The translations under genes were made by a program, and so were the position numbers. A DNA stretch of 32,000 nt. Source: Methanocaldococcus jannaschii DSM 2661 (GTDB lineage Archaea; AGJL01; Methanococci; Methanococcales; Methanocaldococcaceae). This document shows positions 17,284-28,403 of this stretch, piece by piece. How positions within the stretch are numbered: position 1 is the stretch's first letter; each line of letters starts with the position of its first letter. The notes under the pieces are model-generated. The model was not told where the DNA came from. It saw only the letters and a list, made by a program, of their open reading frames with translations, and did not search any database. The DNA lies in NCBI RefSeq assembly GCF_000091665.1, contig NC_000909.1:1162961-1194960 (forward strand), read 5' to 3'.

Positions 17284-19188
17284 TTACTTAACCCTTATAG
17301 CATCCAAGTTCATTGGCACATAAGTTTGTTTTTTGAACAATCTTCTAACTGTATCTGCAAAATCTAAGCACTTACTCTCTTCTCCATGAACCATAATTAT
17401 CTTCTCTGGTGAAGGCTTCAATCTTCTGATATACTTAATTAACTGCTTTCTATCACTATGTCCTGAAAATCCTTCAATTGTATAAACCTGTAGATTTATT
17501 GGAATTGATTTTGTCTTTCCATTTCTTGTAATGATTGGAATCTCTTTCCAACCGCTCTGAACCTTTCTACCCAAAGTTCCCTCTGCTTGATAACCAACAA
17601 ATATTATTGCATTTTTCTCATCTGGAGCTAAGTGTTTTAGATACTCAACACTCGGCCCTCCAGTAAGCATTCCAGATGTTGCTAAGATTACACATGGTTC
17701 ATCACTATCAATAACTTTCCTTCTTTCATTAGTGCTTCCAACCCTCTTAAATACTTCAGATAAGAATGGATTATCTCCTTCGTGGAATATCTTCTGCCTC
17801 ATTTCTTTTGATAAATACTCTGGATATGCAGTATGTATAGCAGTAGCTTCCCAAATCATTCCGTCTAAATAGACAGGAGCGTTAAATATGCCTTGATTGT
17901 ATCCTTCTTCTAAAACAAGCATTAACTCCTGAGCTCTTCCAACTCCAAATACTGGAATTAAAACCTTTCCTCCTCTATCTGTTGTTTCACTAACAACCCT
18001 CAAAAGCTCTCTCTCTGCCTCTTCCCTCTCTGGCAGAACATCATCATAAGCCCCATAAGTAGATTCAATTATCAATGTTTCTAATCTTGGGAATTGGCAA
18101 ACAGCCGGCTCTAACAGCCTTGATGTCTCAAACTTGATGTCTCCAGTATAGGCTAAGTTATACAACCCCTCTCCTATATGTAAATGGGCAATAGCAGAAC
18201 CTAAAACGTGTCCAGCATTATGTAGGGTTAATTTTATTGTTGGGCTTATGTCTGTTGTAACTCCATAATCAATTGGTATTGTGTGCTTAACACATGTTTT
18301 TATATCTTTTGAGGTGTAAGGAACTTCTTTACCCTCTTTTTTAGCTATCTCTAAATAATCTTTTTGCAATAAAGTCATTAAATCCCTTGTTGGTCTTGTG
18401 CAGTAAACAGGACCGTCATAACCATATCTAAACAAACCGGGAATAAAACCACAGTGATCTAAGTGAGCATGAGTAACTATAACAGCATCTAAATCTTCAA
18501 TTGAGAATTCTGGAGCATCAAAGTGAGGAAATGCCTTATCTTCACATGCTACATTGATACCACAATCAATTAATACCCTTGTGTCTGGTGTTTGAACATA
18601 TAAGCAAGACCTACCAACTTCTCTTGCTCCTCCTAAGAAAGATACTCTTATCCAATAATCTCCTCTAACAACTATATCTCTATGTATTCTCCTTCCAATT
18701 CTTCTTAAAATTTCTTTAACCTCATGTCTCTCCCTATAAAGTGTGGCCCTAATTGCTTTTATTGTCTCTGATTGTATTGGTGGAGTTCTTACTGGTTTAG
18801 GTGCCCATCTTATTGCTTTTTTAATCATTTCCAGTGTTTTTCCTTCTTTACCTATAACCAATCCAGGTTTCTTTGATTCTATTATGACTTCCCCAGTGTT
18901 TGCATCAAAAACAAAGTTAGTTATTTCTGCCTCTTCAGGGACAATTTCTAAAATTTTCTGTTTAGCTATTTCTGGCTCAACTAAAACAGATGGGTCTGGT
19001 CTTATGGAAATTCTTTTCCTCAAATCCTTAGCAAGGCTTTTAATAATTTCATTTGTGAAAATTTCTGGATTTTTTACATAGACAACGACTTCAGGCCCCT
19101 CAAACTGAACATCAACTATTTTCGCCTCTTTTGGTGATTTTTTTATTATCTCTTTTCTTATATTTTCTAAAACTTCCTCTGCTGACAA
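17284..19188 (-). CDS. KH-domain/beta-CASP ribonuclease (archaeal CPSF, aCPSF1)
   Basis: N-terminal KH-like VIGKEGKTLEMIKKAIRWAP; THAHLDHCGFIP metallo-beta-lactamase motif; GFSGHSDRKQL. Confidence 0.95.
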   Translation of the reverse strand: MSAEEVLENIRKEIIKKSPKEAKIVDVQFEGPEVVVYVKNPEIFTNEIIKSLAKDLRKRISIRPDPSVLVEPEIAKQKILEIVPEEAEITNFVFDANTGEVIIESKKPGLVIGKEGKTLEMIKKAIRWAPKPVRTPPIQSETIKAIRATLYRERHEVKEILRRIGRRIHRDIVVRGDYWIRVSFLGGAREVGRSCLYVQTPDTRVLIDCGINVACEDKAFPHFDAPEFSIEDLDAVIVTHAHLDHCGFIPGLFRYGYDGPVYCTRPTRDLMTLLQKDYLEIAKKEGKEVPYTSKDIKTCVKHTIPIDYGVTTDISPTIKLTLHNAGHVLGSAIAHLHIGEGLYNLAYTGDIKFETSRLLEPAVCQFPRLETLIIESTYGAYDDVLPEREEAERELLRVVSETTDRGGKVLIPVFGVGRAQELMLVLEEGYNQGIFNAPVYLDGMIWEATAIHTAYPEYLSKEMRQKIFHEGDNPFLSEVFKRVGSTNERRKVIDSDEPCVILATSGMLTGGPSVEYLKHLAPDEKNAIIFVGYQAEGTLGRKVQSGWKEIPIITRNGKTKSIPINLQVYTIEGFSGHSDRKQLIKYIRRLKPSPEKIIMVHGEESKCLDFADTVRRLFKKQTYVPMNLDAIRVK

Positions 19189-19427
19189 AATAATCCTCCT
19201 CCTTAACTTTTAAAAATCTCTGCCGTGTTTTAAATTGAAAATTTTGATAATATTTTGTAATTGTTTATGAAAAAATGTTAAAATTAAAAATATAGCATAA
19301 AATAGAGATATTTAGTTAAATTAAGAGATTTTATAGATTTTTATCTATATTTTTCTTAAAATTTTTAATCTTATATTAAACTTATTAGCCTTTAGCTTAA
19401 TTCTAACAATTCCATATCTAATTTATT

Positions 19428-20102
19428 TTATTTGCTCTTTCTTCTACTTCTTTTTGTGGTTTTTTTCTTAGGTTTAGCTTTCATACTATCTAAGATTTTT
19501 TCAATCTCTTCATCCTCAAATATCTTAACACCATCTTTTGTTATAACAGCTAATGATATACCATTTCCTGAAAATGTGTCTCTTTCCATTGCTGATTTTA
19601 ATGCATTTAGGGCTAATTTTATCCCTTCTTCAACTGACATATCTCTATCATATCCAGCTTCTAAAACCCCATAGGCAATTGGAGAACCAGAACCAGTAGC
19701 TGTAAAAGTTTTTTCTTCGTTCATTCCTCCTAATGGGTCTAATGAAAATAATTTAGCTCCTTCCAATAAATCATACCCACCAATAATTATCTGAGTTAAA
19801 AAAGGGAACATTCTACTTGAATGCAATATATTACTCAATAGGGTAGCACATGCCAATGGAGGGATATTTCTCCCAGTTCTCATTTTGTATAGTTTTGCCT
19901 CAGCAATTAATAACCTAACTATCGCTTGAGCGTCTCCAACACTTCCCGCAATGGTCATCGCTATGTAATCATCTATCTTATATAATTTTTTTGCTTCTTT
20001 GTCAGCTACTAAATTACCTAATGATGCCCTTTTATCTGTCGCTAAAATTACTGCATCGTCACAAATTAAACCAACGGTTGTTGTTCCTTTCATTACATCC
20101 AT
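19428..20102 (-). CDS. psmB: 20S proteasome beta subunit
   Basis: MDVMKG|[27 protein letters not shown] with N-terminal nucleophile threonine after a short propeptide. Confidence 0.97.
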   Translation of the reverse strand: MDVMKGTTTVGLICDDAVILATDKRASLGNLVADKEAKKLYKIDDYIAMTIAGSVGDAQAIVRLLIAEAKLYKMRTGRNIPPLACATLLSNILHSSRMFPFLTQIIIGGYDLLEGAKLFSLDPLGGMNEEKTFTATGSGSPIAYGVLEAGYDRDMSVEEGIKLALNALKSAMERDTFSGNGISLAVITKDGVKIFEDEEIEKILDSMKAKPKKKTTKRSRRKSK

Positions 20103-20222
20103 TCTTTCACCTTAAATAATTACCTATTTCCTATTTCTCACTTTTAATAGCTTTCTAATAATATTTCAATAAATAAAAATTTTATTTTGTTCATAAATCT
20201 TAACCTAAAAATAAGAAAAGAT

Positions 20223-21590
20223 TTAGTAGGTTTTAGCTATTGCTATATATTTATTACCTTTATATTCTGTCTCCCCTAAAATAGTTGCCTCTACTTTCTC
20301 TTCAAGTTCTTCGTTGTATATCTCTTCCTTAAATGGGACTAAAATTACCCCCCTCTTTTCAGATAGTATATTTTTAATTTCATCAGGATTTATATCTTCA
20401 AGGATGGTTATAAAGTTTTCGAATTTTTCCCATGCTCTATTCTTAATGTTTTCCATAATATTATTTAAAGTTTTTTCTACAACCTCCATTAACTGGGTTT
20501 CATCCACCTGGAATTTCTCCATTGTATCTCTTCTAAATAAGGTTATCTTTTTATTCTCAATATCTTTTGGACCTACTTCAATCCTCAATGGAACGCCTTT
20601 TATCTCCCAATCGTTAAACTTCCTTCCAGGTCTTATGTCCCTATCATCTATATGGACTCTAAATTTACCTTTTAATTTCTCATAAATCTCTTTTGCCTTC
20701 TCCATAACAATATCTTCCTTTCCTTTGAAAATTAATGGAACTATAACTACCTGTATTGGTGCAACTATTGGAGGCAGAATTAAACCTTTCTCATCCCCAT
20801 GTATTGCTATAATTGAAGCTATAACCCTATCTGAGATTCCGTAGCATGTTTGATAAGCATAATCTTTATCTCCAGTTGGTGTTTCAAATATAATTTCAAA
20901 TGTCTTTGAGAAGTTCTGCCCTAAGTTATGGACTGTAGCTATCTGCATAGTTCTTCCATCTGGGAATATAGTGTCAAAAGCCATTGTGTATTCTGCCCCA
21001 GGGAATTTGTCCCATTCTGGTCTTTTGGATATTAAATAAGGAATACCCAAAGTATCAAAGAATTTTTTGTAGATAGATATAGCTTCTTTTACTTGGTTTT
21101 CAGCCTCTTCCTTTGTTGAATGGGCAGTGTGGGCCTCTTTAAATGTCATTATCTCTCTTAACCTAATTAAAGGTCTTGTGTGCTTTGTTTCATACCTAAA
21201 TGTATTAACTATCTGATAGATTTTTATTGGCAAATCAGTATGAACCTTAACCCAAAGTTTCATCATATAGTATATTGGTGTTTCTGAAGTAGGTCTTAAA
21301 GCTAATTTAACATCTAACTGTGTTTTTCCTCCATGAGTTACCCAATAAACCTCATCCTCAAATCCTTTTATATGCTCTGCCTCCTTAGCTAATAAATCCT
21401 CTGGAATCAGCATTGGGAATAATGCCTCATCATGCCCACTCTCATCTAATAAATTTCTTATTATTTCGAATGTGTATCTTCTTATTTTAAATCCGTAAGG
21501 TAAATAAACTCCACAACCTTTTATTGGATACCTAACATCATAAATTTCAGCTTTTTCTAATATATCTGAATACCATTCTGAAAATTCCAA
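20223..21590 (-). CDS. proS: Prolyl-tRNA synthetase, archaeal/eukaryal type
   Basis: Class II motif 2 YRWEXX-like [45 protein letters not shown]-like GPKDIENKK. Confidence 0.95.
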   Translation of the reverse strand: MEFSEWYSDILEKAEIYDVRYPIKGCGVYLPYGFKIRRYTFEIIRNLLDESGHDEALFPMLIPEDLLAKEAEHIKGFEDEVYWVTHGGKTQLDVKLALRPTSETPIYYMMKLWVKVHTDLPIKIYQIVNTFRYETKHTRPLIRLREIMTFKEAHTAHSTKEEAENQVKEAISIYKKFFDTLGIPYLISKRPEWDKFPGAEYTMAFDTIFPDGRTMQIATVHNLGQNFSKTFEIIFETPTGDKDYAYQTCYGISDRVIASIIAIHGDEKGLILPPIVAPIQVVIVPLIFKGKEDIVMEKAKEIYEKLKGKFRVHIDDRDIRPGRKFNDWEIKGVPLRIEVGPKDIENKKITLFRRDTMEKFQVDETQLMEVVEKTLNNIMENIKNRAWEKFENFITILEDINPDEIKNILSEKRGVILVPFKEEIYNEELEEKVEATILGETEYKGNKYIAIAKTY

Positions 21591-21680
21591 GATATCACCT
21601 TTTATTTTATAGCAAATTAATAAATATTAATTTTTATTTAAAATGACAGTTGGTTATTTAAAGTTTTTCATGGTGGGGCA

Positions 21681-22358
21681 ATGATAGGAATAGCCATAAA
21701 ACCAAGTAAAATAAATGAAGATATTGTAGATTTTGGACACTTTATTGGAAGATATTTTGATTATTATATTATAGATGCTGAAAATGAGGTTATAAAAGAT
21801 GAAGAGATTTTAGAGAGGTTGGAAAAGATATCAAAAGTTGTTATGACAGTTCAAGCTAAGAGAGTTGATGCTTTTGAATTGTTAGAGCTTTATGCATCTT
21901 ATGGCTTTGATTTATGTGTTGTTTTAGGAAACAAGCAGTATTTAACTGAAAAAGAAAGAAAATTTAAAAATTATAGGATTTTGGATGTTATCAAAGAGGC
22001 TATGAGATGTAGCAGAGATATTTGGGTTGGAATTGAGGGAGTTGAGAGTTTGGTTAAAGATATTGTAGAGGAACATAACCTTATAGCTTATTATCTGTAT
22101 GGGCAAGAATGCAGTATAAACTCAAAGAGAGCTATATATGTCCCTTATGCTACAAAGATTAATGAGAATGCGTTAGAATCTATGAAAGGTTATCTAAATA
22201 GAAGGAAAAACTATAGAGGTAATTGGAGAGATTTTATATTGTCTTTGAATGATGAGGAAAGCATAGAGAGGATTAAAAATAATGATATAGTTGTTGGTTA
22301 TCCAATAATTCCAAATAAAGAGGAGATATTAAATTTTGTTAGATGTTTTAGTGTATAA
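21681..22358 (+). CDS. Uncharacterised protein (225 aa), possible TIM-barrel/F420-enzyme relative by impression only
   Basis: Complete ORF with gtggggcaATG initiation region; no firm family motif recognised. Confidence 0.65.
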   Translation: MIGIAIKPSKINEDIVDFGHFIGRYFDYYIIDAENEVIKDEEILERLEKISKVVMTVQAKRVDAFELLELYASYGFDLCVVLGNKQYLTEKERKFKNYRILDVIKEAMRCSRDIWVGIEGVESLVKDIVEEHNLIAYYLYGQECSINSKRAIYVPYATKINENALESMKGYLNRRKNYRGNWRDFILSLNDEESIERIKNNDIVVGYPIIPNKEEILNFVRCFSV

Positions 22359-22360
22359 TT

Positions 22361-22654
22361 TTACACTGTATAATAAAACAACTTTACAAACGCTTTTTTA
22401 ACTTTTTCTTTGGCTTTTTCTTTTTCAATATCTGATTTAGCTTTAATCTCTTCCTCTATTGCTTCACTTAACTCTTTTAGAAGCTTACTTGGAACTTTTG
22501 GAAGATACGGACTTGTAATTTTTGCTAAATTCTTTGCAGTTTCTAAATCATTGACAATATAGAAGAACATAATTCTTGCTAAGGCTTGTGTAAATTCAGT
22601 ACTTACATTCCAAACAAGTTTTTTATAATCTTTATAGGATTTTTTTATTTCCAT
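22361..22654 (-). CDS. Uncharacterised helical protein (97 aa), possibly a remnant of a larger gene
   Basis: Open frame with charged C-terminal helix, 3 nt from the convergent gene's end. Confidence 0.5.
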   Translation of the reverse strand: MEIKKSYKDYKKLVWNVSTEFTQALARIMFFYIVNDLETAKNLAKITSPYLPKVPSKLLKELSEAIEEEIKAKSDIEKEKAKEKVKKAFVKLFYYTV

Positions 22655-22677
22655 TTAAAAAGCTATTATACATCTTC

Positions 22678-22893
22678 TCAAAATTTAATGGTCTTTGATT
22701 CTTCATCAGATGTAAGATAAACAACCTTAACTCCCTCTCTCCTCAACTTTGTGTAGATATATCTTGCAATGGTAGTTTTACCCATTCCAGCTAAGCCCAA
22801 GACGCAAGCTGAGCCATAAGTATTTAAGGCATCTATTAAATTATCTTCAAAACCTCTTTTAACATACCACTTTATCTCCATTTTTAACACCAT
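22678..22893 (-). pseudogene. Truncated P-loop ATPase fragment, Walker A only
   Basis: 71 aa: ...NTYGSACVLGLAGMGKTTIARYIYTKLRREGVKVVYLTSDEESKTIKF*; frame stops before any Walker B motif. Confidence 0.5.
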
Positions 22894-23056
22894 TTTAATT
22901 AAAAAGTAGTATGACTACATATTTAAGATTTTGAACATTAATTTATATATAATATTTTTCTTATACTGCAATAAAACCTTATACAAAAAAGAAATTTTTA
23001 CATTTTAACCAAAAAAGCTTTGAAACAGTAAATAAGATAAAAATAGGATAAAAAAA

Positions 23057-24664
23057 TTACTTCTGTCCAAACATCTCTTGCTTCTCTTCCTCTGTTAATA
23101 AAGCAACTATCTCTTCTGGCTTACCAACTTTTATTAACTTACCATTTCTCATCAATCCAGCTCTATCACATACATTCAATACAAAGTCCATATCGTGTGA
23201 AACAATAATATATGTTTGCTCCAACTCTATCCTTGATTTGTGGATTGATTCAGCAACTGTGTTTCTTGTTATTGGGTCCATTGTCCCAGTAGGCTCATCT
23301 AATATAACAACTCTTGGCTCTTTTATTAAAACTTGTGCTAAAGCACATCTATGCCTCTCCCCAACACTCAATTCATGAGGATATTTGTCTAAAATCTCCT
23401 CTGCCTCTTCTTCACTAAATCCTACTGAAACCAACGTATAAACCGCCTTCATTCTTGCAAATTCATCTGGAAGTTCTAAACCAATAGCCTCTGTTAAATT
23501 CTCTAAGATAGTTCTATGTGGATAGAGGGCATATTCTTGGAATAATATACCAATATACCTCTTAGCCCTTCCTCTACCCATAGGTCCAGGTTTAGTCATA
23601 TCAACCCATTCATCTCCAACTCTAAACCAGTATTTTCCTTTTGAAGGTGGAAGAACTCCAGCAATAATCTTTGCTAATGTTGTTTTTCCAGCTCCACTTG
23701 TTCCAACTAAACCAAATATTTCTCTCTCCCTAATGTTTAAAGTTACATTATCAACTGCTTTAATAACTCCTCTCTCAACAGAACAGTAGTGTTTTGAAAC
23801 ATTTTCTAACTTTATAATGTCCTCTTTAATTTCAACTTCTGTTTCTGGTTTTTTAAACTCTTTAACTGTTTCCATGAATTTATTAACAACTTCCTCTGAA
23901 GTTCCTTCCATTATGATTTCTCCCTTATCTAACCAAATTGCCTTCTCTGTTAGCTCAGCAATAACCTCTGGCCAGTGAGAGGTTAAGATTAAGCTTATCT
24001 TATTCTTAATAACAAGTTCTTTTAAAGCTGAATGAACCAATTTAGCAGTTTGAGGGTCTAAGGTCCCAGTTGGTTCATCAGCTAAGAATATAAATGGCTC
24101 TTTAGCTATTTGCCTTGCTAAAACTACCCTCTGCTTCTCTCCTCCACTTAAATCTCTTGCAATGTGGGTTATTCTATGCTCCAACTTAACCATTTTGATT
24201 AACTTTAATGCCATATCAATAGCTTCCTTCCCTTCATAACCTGCCTGATGTAAAGCTTCTAAGATATTTTCAAGAACAGTTTTCTCCCCATATAAAGCAA
24301 AAGTTCTCTGAAGCATTATAGCAATTTTTCTTTTTAAATTATAGGTGTATTTTTTGTCATTCCAAAAATCCACTTCTATTTTTTTAAGCTCATTTCCACA
24401 TTTTTTACAAGGAGTTCCAGCTTTTGAAGGGACATCCACATAGCCACATTTTTCACAGTAGGAGACATGATAAATAATCTGCCCTTCAGTTGGCTCATAA
24501 CCATCCATTCCCCTTAACATGTGCAATAGAACAGATTTTCCAGCTCCACTCTTTCCCAAAATCCCTAATGACTCTCCTTCTTCTAATGTAAATGAAATGT
24601 TTTTTAAAACTACCTTATCTCCAAATTTTTTTGTGACATTTTTAACTTCCAATAGCATCATAGC
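23057..24664 (-). CDS. atwA: Methyl-coenzyme M reductase activation component A2, tandem ABC ATPase
   Basis: ORF 23057..24676; two ABC modules ([16 protein letters not shown]; [16 protein letters not shown]) and inserted CEKCGY...CKKCG. Confidence 0.92.
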
Positions 24665-25029
24665 TCCTCCCTCCAAGTTCTACAGTGCTTTTTTATGCCA
24701 AATCTATGCCTCATACAAAAACCACATTCTCTAATCTTATATTCTCCTCCTTCAATAACTATTGCCTTTCCATTTATTAAAGCATCGGCAATCTTTTTTC
24801 TACCTTCTGTCAATAAGCTCCACAAAACTCTTCTTGAGATTCCCATCAACTTAGATGCCTCTTCTTGTGTGTAATCAAGATAATCAACTAACCTAATTGC
24901 CTCTAACTCATCCACACTCAATATAACTTTATCTACCTCTGTAAGAGAAACTCCATGTGGTTTAAATATCCTAAATTTTGGTTCTTCAGATATAAATCTT
25001 GGAATTTTTGGTCTTCCTCTTCTACTCAT
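24658..25029 (-). CDS. UPF0251 (DUF134) HTH protein
   Basis: [15 protein letters not shown]...[48 protein letters not shown]. Confidence 0.88.
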
Positions 25030-25120
25030 ATAATCTCCTCATTTTAAATAGAAGTTTTTTGCGTTTTTTATTTGAGGAATTTTAGCATATTAAAGAAACA
25101 CCACATGTGAAAGTTCATTT

Positions 25121-25447
25121 TTAAGGCATATTTACAATTATTCCTTCAATAGGAATTTCAATTATCGTGTATTTGCAGTCAGCAAGTTTTTCATCTATTA
25201 GCTTTTCAATTTCCATGAGTTTATTTTCACTAACAATAGTTCCAATTAATACAGCATTCTGTGCTAAATCACTAACTGCCTTAATAGCCATCTCTGGGTC
25301 TTCATCTAACAAAAATCCCTGCCAATCTTGGGGAGACATACCTTTATAATCATATAAGAAAAATCCAGTTATTCCTCCTTCTGATAGAGCGTTTATTGCC
25401 TTTCCAACATTTTCACTTTCAACGAATAAATACAACAAGATTTTCAT
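25121..25447 (-). CDS. Small PII-like protein, paralogue 1
   Basis: MKILLYLFVESENVGKAINALSEGGITGFFLYDYKGMSPQDW...; similar to adjacent ORF. Confidence 0.65.
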   Translation of the reverse strand: MKILLYLFVESENVGKAINALSEGGITGFFLYDYKGMSPQDWQGFLLDEDPEMAIKAVSDLAQNAVLIGTIVSENKLMEIEKLIDEKLADCKYTIIEIPIEGIIVNMP

Positions 25448-25458
25448 TTATCCCACCT

Positions 25459-25797
25459 TTAGACCCTATGGACCTTAACCTTTAATATTGGAATCTTCAT
25501 CACTGTCCATCTCTCATTGTTCATTTTTTCTTTTAATAGTTCTTCTATTTTTTTAGCTTTTTCCTCTTTAACTACAGTCCCAATAACAACTGCTTTATCA
25601 GACTCATCCCTTATAATTTCATAAACTTTCTCAATATCCTCTAACTCCTCTTTACTTAAATTTTTAAACTTATCTGGGGACAATCCCCTATATTTATGCA
25701 AGAAAAATCCAGTAATTCCAGCTAAGGTCATTATATTTATTGCTTTACCCACATTTTTTTCTTCAACAAACAATTCAAACAAAACTCTTTTTGTCAT
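25459..25797 (-). CDS. Small PII-like protein, paralogue 2
   Basis: MTKRVLFELFVEEKNVGKAINIMTLAGITGFFLHKYRGLSPDKF...; tandem paralogue. Confidence 0.65.
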   Translation of the reverse strand: MTKRVLFELFVEEKNVGKAINIMTLAGITGFFLHKYRGLSPDKFKNLSKEELEDIEKVYEIIRDESDKAVVIGTVVKEEKAKKIEELLKEKMNNERWTVMKIPILKVKVHRV

Positions 25798-25945
25798 AAT
25801 ATCCCCCTTATGTGGAAAAGTTACAATTTAACTGTTAAAAATATAGAATATAAAGTTTTTCATTTAGTTTCCTTAATATGTTATTAAAAAAAGAAATTTT
25901 AACAATTATCGTATTATAATTTTCAAATTTTTAAATAATAGGATA

Positions 25946-26812
25946 TTATTTTCCTAAAATCCCTGCCAATAACTTTGGAATATCAGATATATTTTTTGCC
26001 ACATAAGCACCTGCCTCTTCTAAAGCCTTCATCTTACTTTCTGCTGTTCCTTTTCCTTTCTCAACAATAGCTCCAGCATGTCCCATTCTCTTTCCTTCTG
26101 GTGCTGATTGTCCAGCTATATAACCAATAACTGGTTTTTTCATCTTCTCTATAAATTTAGCTGCCTCTTCTTCAGCCCCTCCACCAATCTCTCCAATCAT
26201 AACAATAGCTTCTGTCTCATCATCCTTCTCAAATAAATCTAAAACCTCCTTATATCTTAATCCAACTATTGGGTCTCCTCCAATCCCTACGCAAGTTGAA
26301 ACTCCAAAACCAGCCTTTTTTATTTGGTGAGCTATCTCATAAGTTAAAGTTCCACTTCTTGAAACCATCCCTACACTTCCCTCTTTTAAAACTTCCATTG
26401 GTATAATTCCAAGCTTGCCAACTTTTGGTGATGCTATACCTGGTGTATTCGGCCCTATAATCTTCACTCCAACATCTTCAGCGTAATTTACGAACTCCAT
26501 AGTATCATGAACTGGGATATGCTCTGTAATAACAACTATCAACTCAATTCCGGCATCTATTGCCTCAAAAACTGCATCTTTAGCAAATGGAGCTGGAACA
26601 AAAATTACTGACGCATTGGCATCTGTCTCTTTAACTGCCTCTTTAACTGTATCAAAAACAGGAACTCCATGGACGTTCTGCCCTCCTTTTCCTGGTGTGA
26701 CTCCTCCAACAATTTTAGTTCCACATTCTAACATTTTCTTTGTGTGAAAACTTCCCTGCCTTCCAGTAATTCCCTGAACTATCGCCTTTGTGTTCTCATC
26801 CAATAATATCAT
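25946..26812 (-). CDS. sucD: Succinate-CoA ligase alpha subunit
   Basis: ORF 25946..26830; [44 protein letters not shown] (phosphohistidine loop). Confidence 0.94.
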
Positions 26813-26984
26813 TTTATCCCTCAACACCATGTATTAAACCGTAAAATTTATATATCCCCTTTTACTTTTTATATGTGTCGTTGTAGAACTTTCACAATTT
26901 ATATATTTATAAGGCACTTTGATGCCTAAAGGGTATCGTCATTCCAATAGTAGATTTATTCCTGTGAAGATTCTACATTGATGC

Positions 26985-27095
26985 GGGGGTGTGGTGTAGC
27001 CAGGTCTATCATCGGGGACTCCAGTTGCCTATAGGGCGCTGGACCACGGCAGGAGAAATCCCTGGACCTGGGTTCAAATCCCAGCACCCCCACCA
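26985..27095 (+). tRNA. tRNA-Trp (CCA anticodon 27021-27023) with a 33-nt intron at 27025-27057; 3' CCA encoded
   Basis: Acceptor GGGGGTG/CACCCCC; anticodon stem GGGGA/TCCCT; T arm CTGGG-TTCAAAT-CCCAG; spliced loop CTCCAGA; ideal BHB CTCC-AG^T-TGCC...GGCA-GGAG-AA^A. Confidence 0.95.
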
Positions 27096-27181
27096 TTTTT
27101 TAAATAACTTAAATCTTTCTGATTTATTTTTTAATAATTAATTCATAGATTTGGATACATTTGTGAAAATAACTTCGATAG

Positions 27182-27724
27182 GTGTCGAAATTGGAAGAAC
27201 TTGATATAGTATCTAACAATATATTGATATTAAAAAAATTCTATACAAACGATGAGTGGAAAAATAAACTGGATTCTTTAATTGATAGGATTATAAAAGC
27301 TAAAAAAATTTTTATTTTTGGAGTAGGTAGGAGTGGATATATTGGAAGATGTTTTGCCATGAGATTAATGCATCTTGGTTTTAAATCATATTTTGTTGGG
27401 GAAACTACAACTCCTTCCTATGAAAAAGATGATTTACTAATTTTAATATCGGGTAGTGGAAGAACAGAGAGTGTTTTAACAGTAGCTAAAAAGGCAAAGA
27501 ATATAAATAACAACATTATCGCAATTGTATGTGAATGTGGAAATGTAGTAGAGTTTGCTGATTTAACAATTCCTTTAGAAGTGAAGAAATCAAAATATTT
27601 ACCAATGGGAACCACTTTTGAAGAAACAGCTTTGATATTTTTAGATTTAGTCATAGCTGAGATTATGAAAAGATTGAATTTAGATGAAAGTGAAATAATA
27701 AAGAGACATTGTAATTTACTTTAA
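27182..27724 (+). CDS. hxlB: 6-phospho-3-hexuloisomerase (SIS domain)
   Basis: IFIFGVGRSGYIGRCFAMRLMHLGFKSYFVGETTTP, ILISGSGRTESVL. GTG at 27182 or TTG at 27191 as start. Confidence 0.93.
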   Translation: MSKLEELDIVSNNILILKKFYTNDEWKNKLDSLIDRIIKAKKIFIFGVGRSGYIGRCFAMRLMHLGFKSYFVGETTTPSYEKDDLLILISGSGRTESVLTVAKKAKNINNNIIAIVCECGNVVEFADLTIPLEVKKSKYLPMGTTFEETALIFLDLVIAEIMKRLNLDESEIIKRHCNLL

Positions 27725-27756
27725 TATAAAAATATATAAAATAAAAAATAAAGCGT

Positions 27757-28221
27757 TTATTCTAAATCCTCAGCCTCAAATTTCTGAGCTGAAACATATT
27801 CTGTAACTTCTTTTTGATACTCATCTAATGTTTTAATTATCTTTTTTAGCAATAGTAAGTTATCCAACATTATTCCAAATGTCCTCATTGTAAATACACT
27901 TGCAGAAAATAGAGCATCTCTTGGATTCTCCTCTCCAAATGTGTCCATAATCCAATATTGTGCTCTTGGAGCTACACTTTTCCACATTTCAGTCAATCCA
28001 TTGAATCCCTCAATTTCATGGTCTCTTTTTAAATTACTTTTTACATCTCTTATGTAGTTGTATAAATCACCAAATGATTTTATATTAAACTTCTCAGCAA
28101 AACTTGTTGGAGAACCATCCTTTTTTCTTAGGGAGAACTCTAATATAATTAATATTCTCCTCAATGACTTTTTATCAATTCCAGAAAGTTCAGATAACTT
28201 TTCTATAACTTCCATCTTCAT
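27757..28221 (-). CDS. Uncharacterised protein (154 aa)
   Basis: Complete ORF, MKMEVIEKLSELSGIDKKSLRRILIILEF...; no family recognised. Confidence 0.65.
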   Translation of the reverse strand: MKMEVIEKLSELSGIDKKSLRRILIILEFSLRKKDGSPTSFAEKFNIKSFGDLYNYIRDVKSNLKRDHEIEGFNGLTEMWKSVAPRAQYWIMDTFGEENPRDALFSASVFTMRTFGIMLDNLLLLKKIIKTLDEYQKEVTEYVSAQKFEAEDLE

Positions 28222-28403
28222 CCCTCCAACTTATGCTGTATATCATAAACTATGATAAATTATTCACTAATAGTATATAAATCTTCCTATTTTTAGAATA
28301 TAATTATATTAGAACAACGTGTAAAAATAGGAAAATTATTAAATTGAGAAGTTAAATATAGGGGTAGGCAATAAAATCTAAAACAATAACTTAGGGTGAA
28401 ACT

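Noticed and set aside
20223-21590. ProRS as a dual Pro/Cys tRNA synthetase
   Set aside because: The sequence supports only a standard archaeal ProRS; reported cysteine charging by the M. jannaschii enzyme was later disputed, so I do not claim it.
27025-27057. C/D-box guide RNA inside the tRNA-Trp intron, as in haloarchaea
   Set aside because: At 33 nt it is too short and I see no C (RTGATGA) and D (CTGA) box pairs; the intron is explained by its BHB structure.
27174-27189. Small hairpin TTCGA-taggtg-TCGAA at the start of hxlB, possibly hiding the SD
   Set aside because: Only 5 bp with a short loop in a single sequence; unlikely to be stable at high growth temperature and not convincing without conservation.
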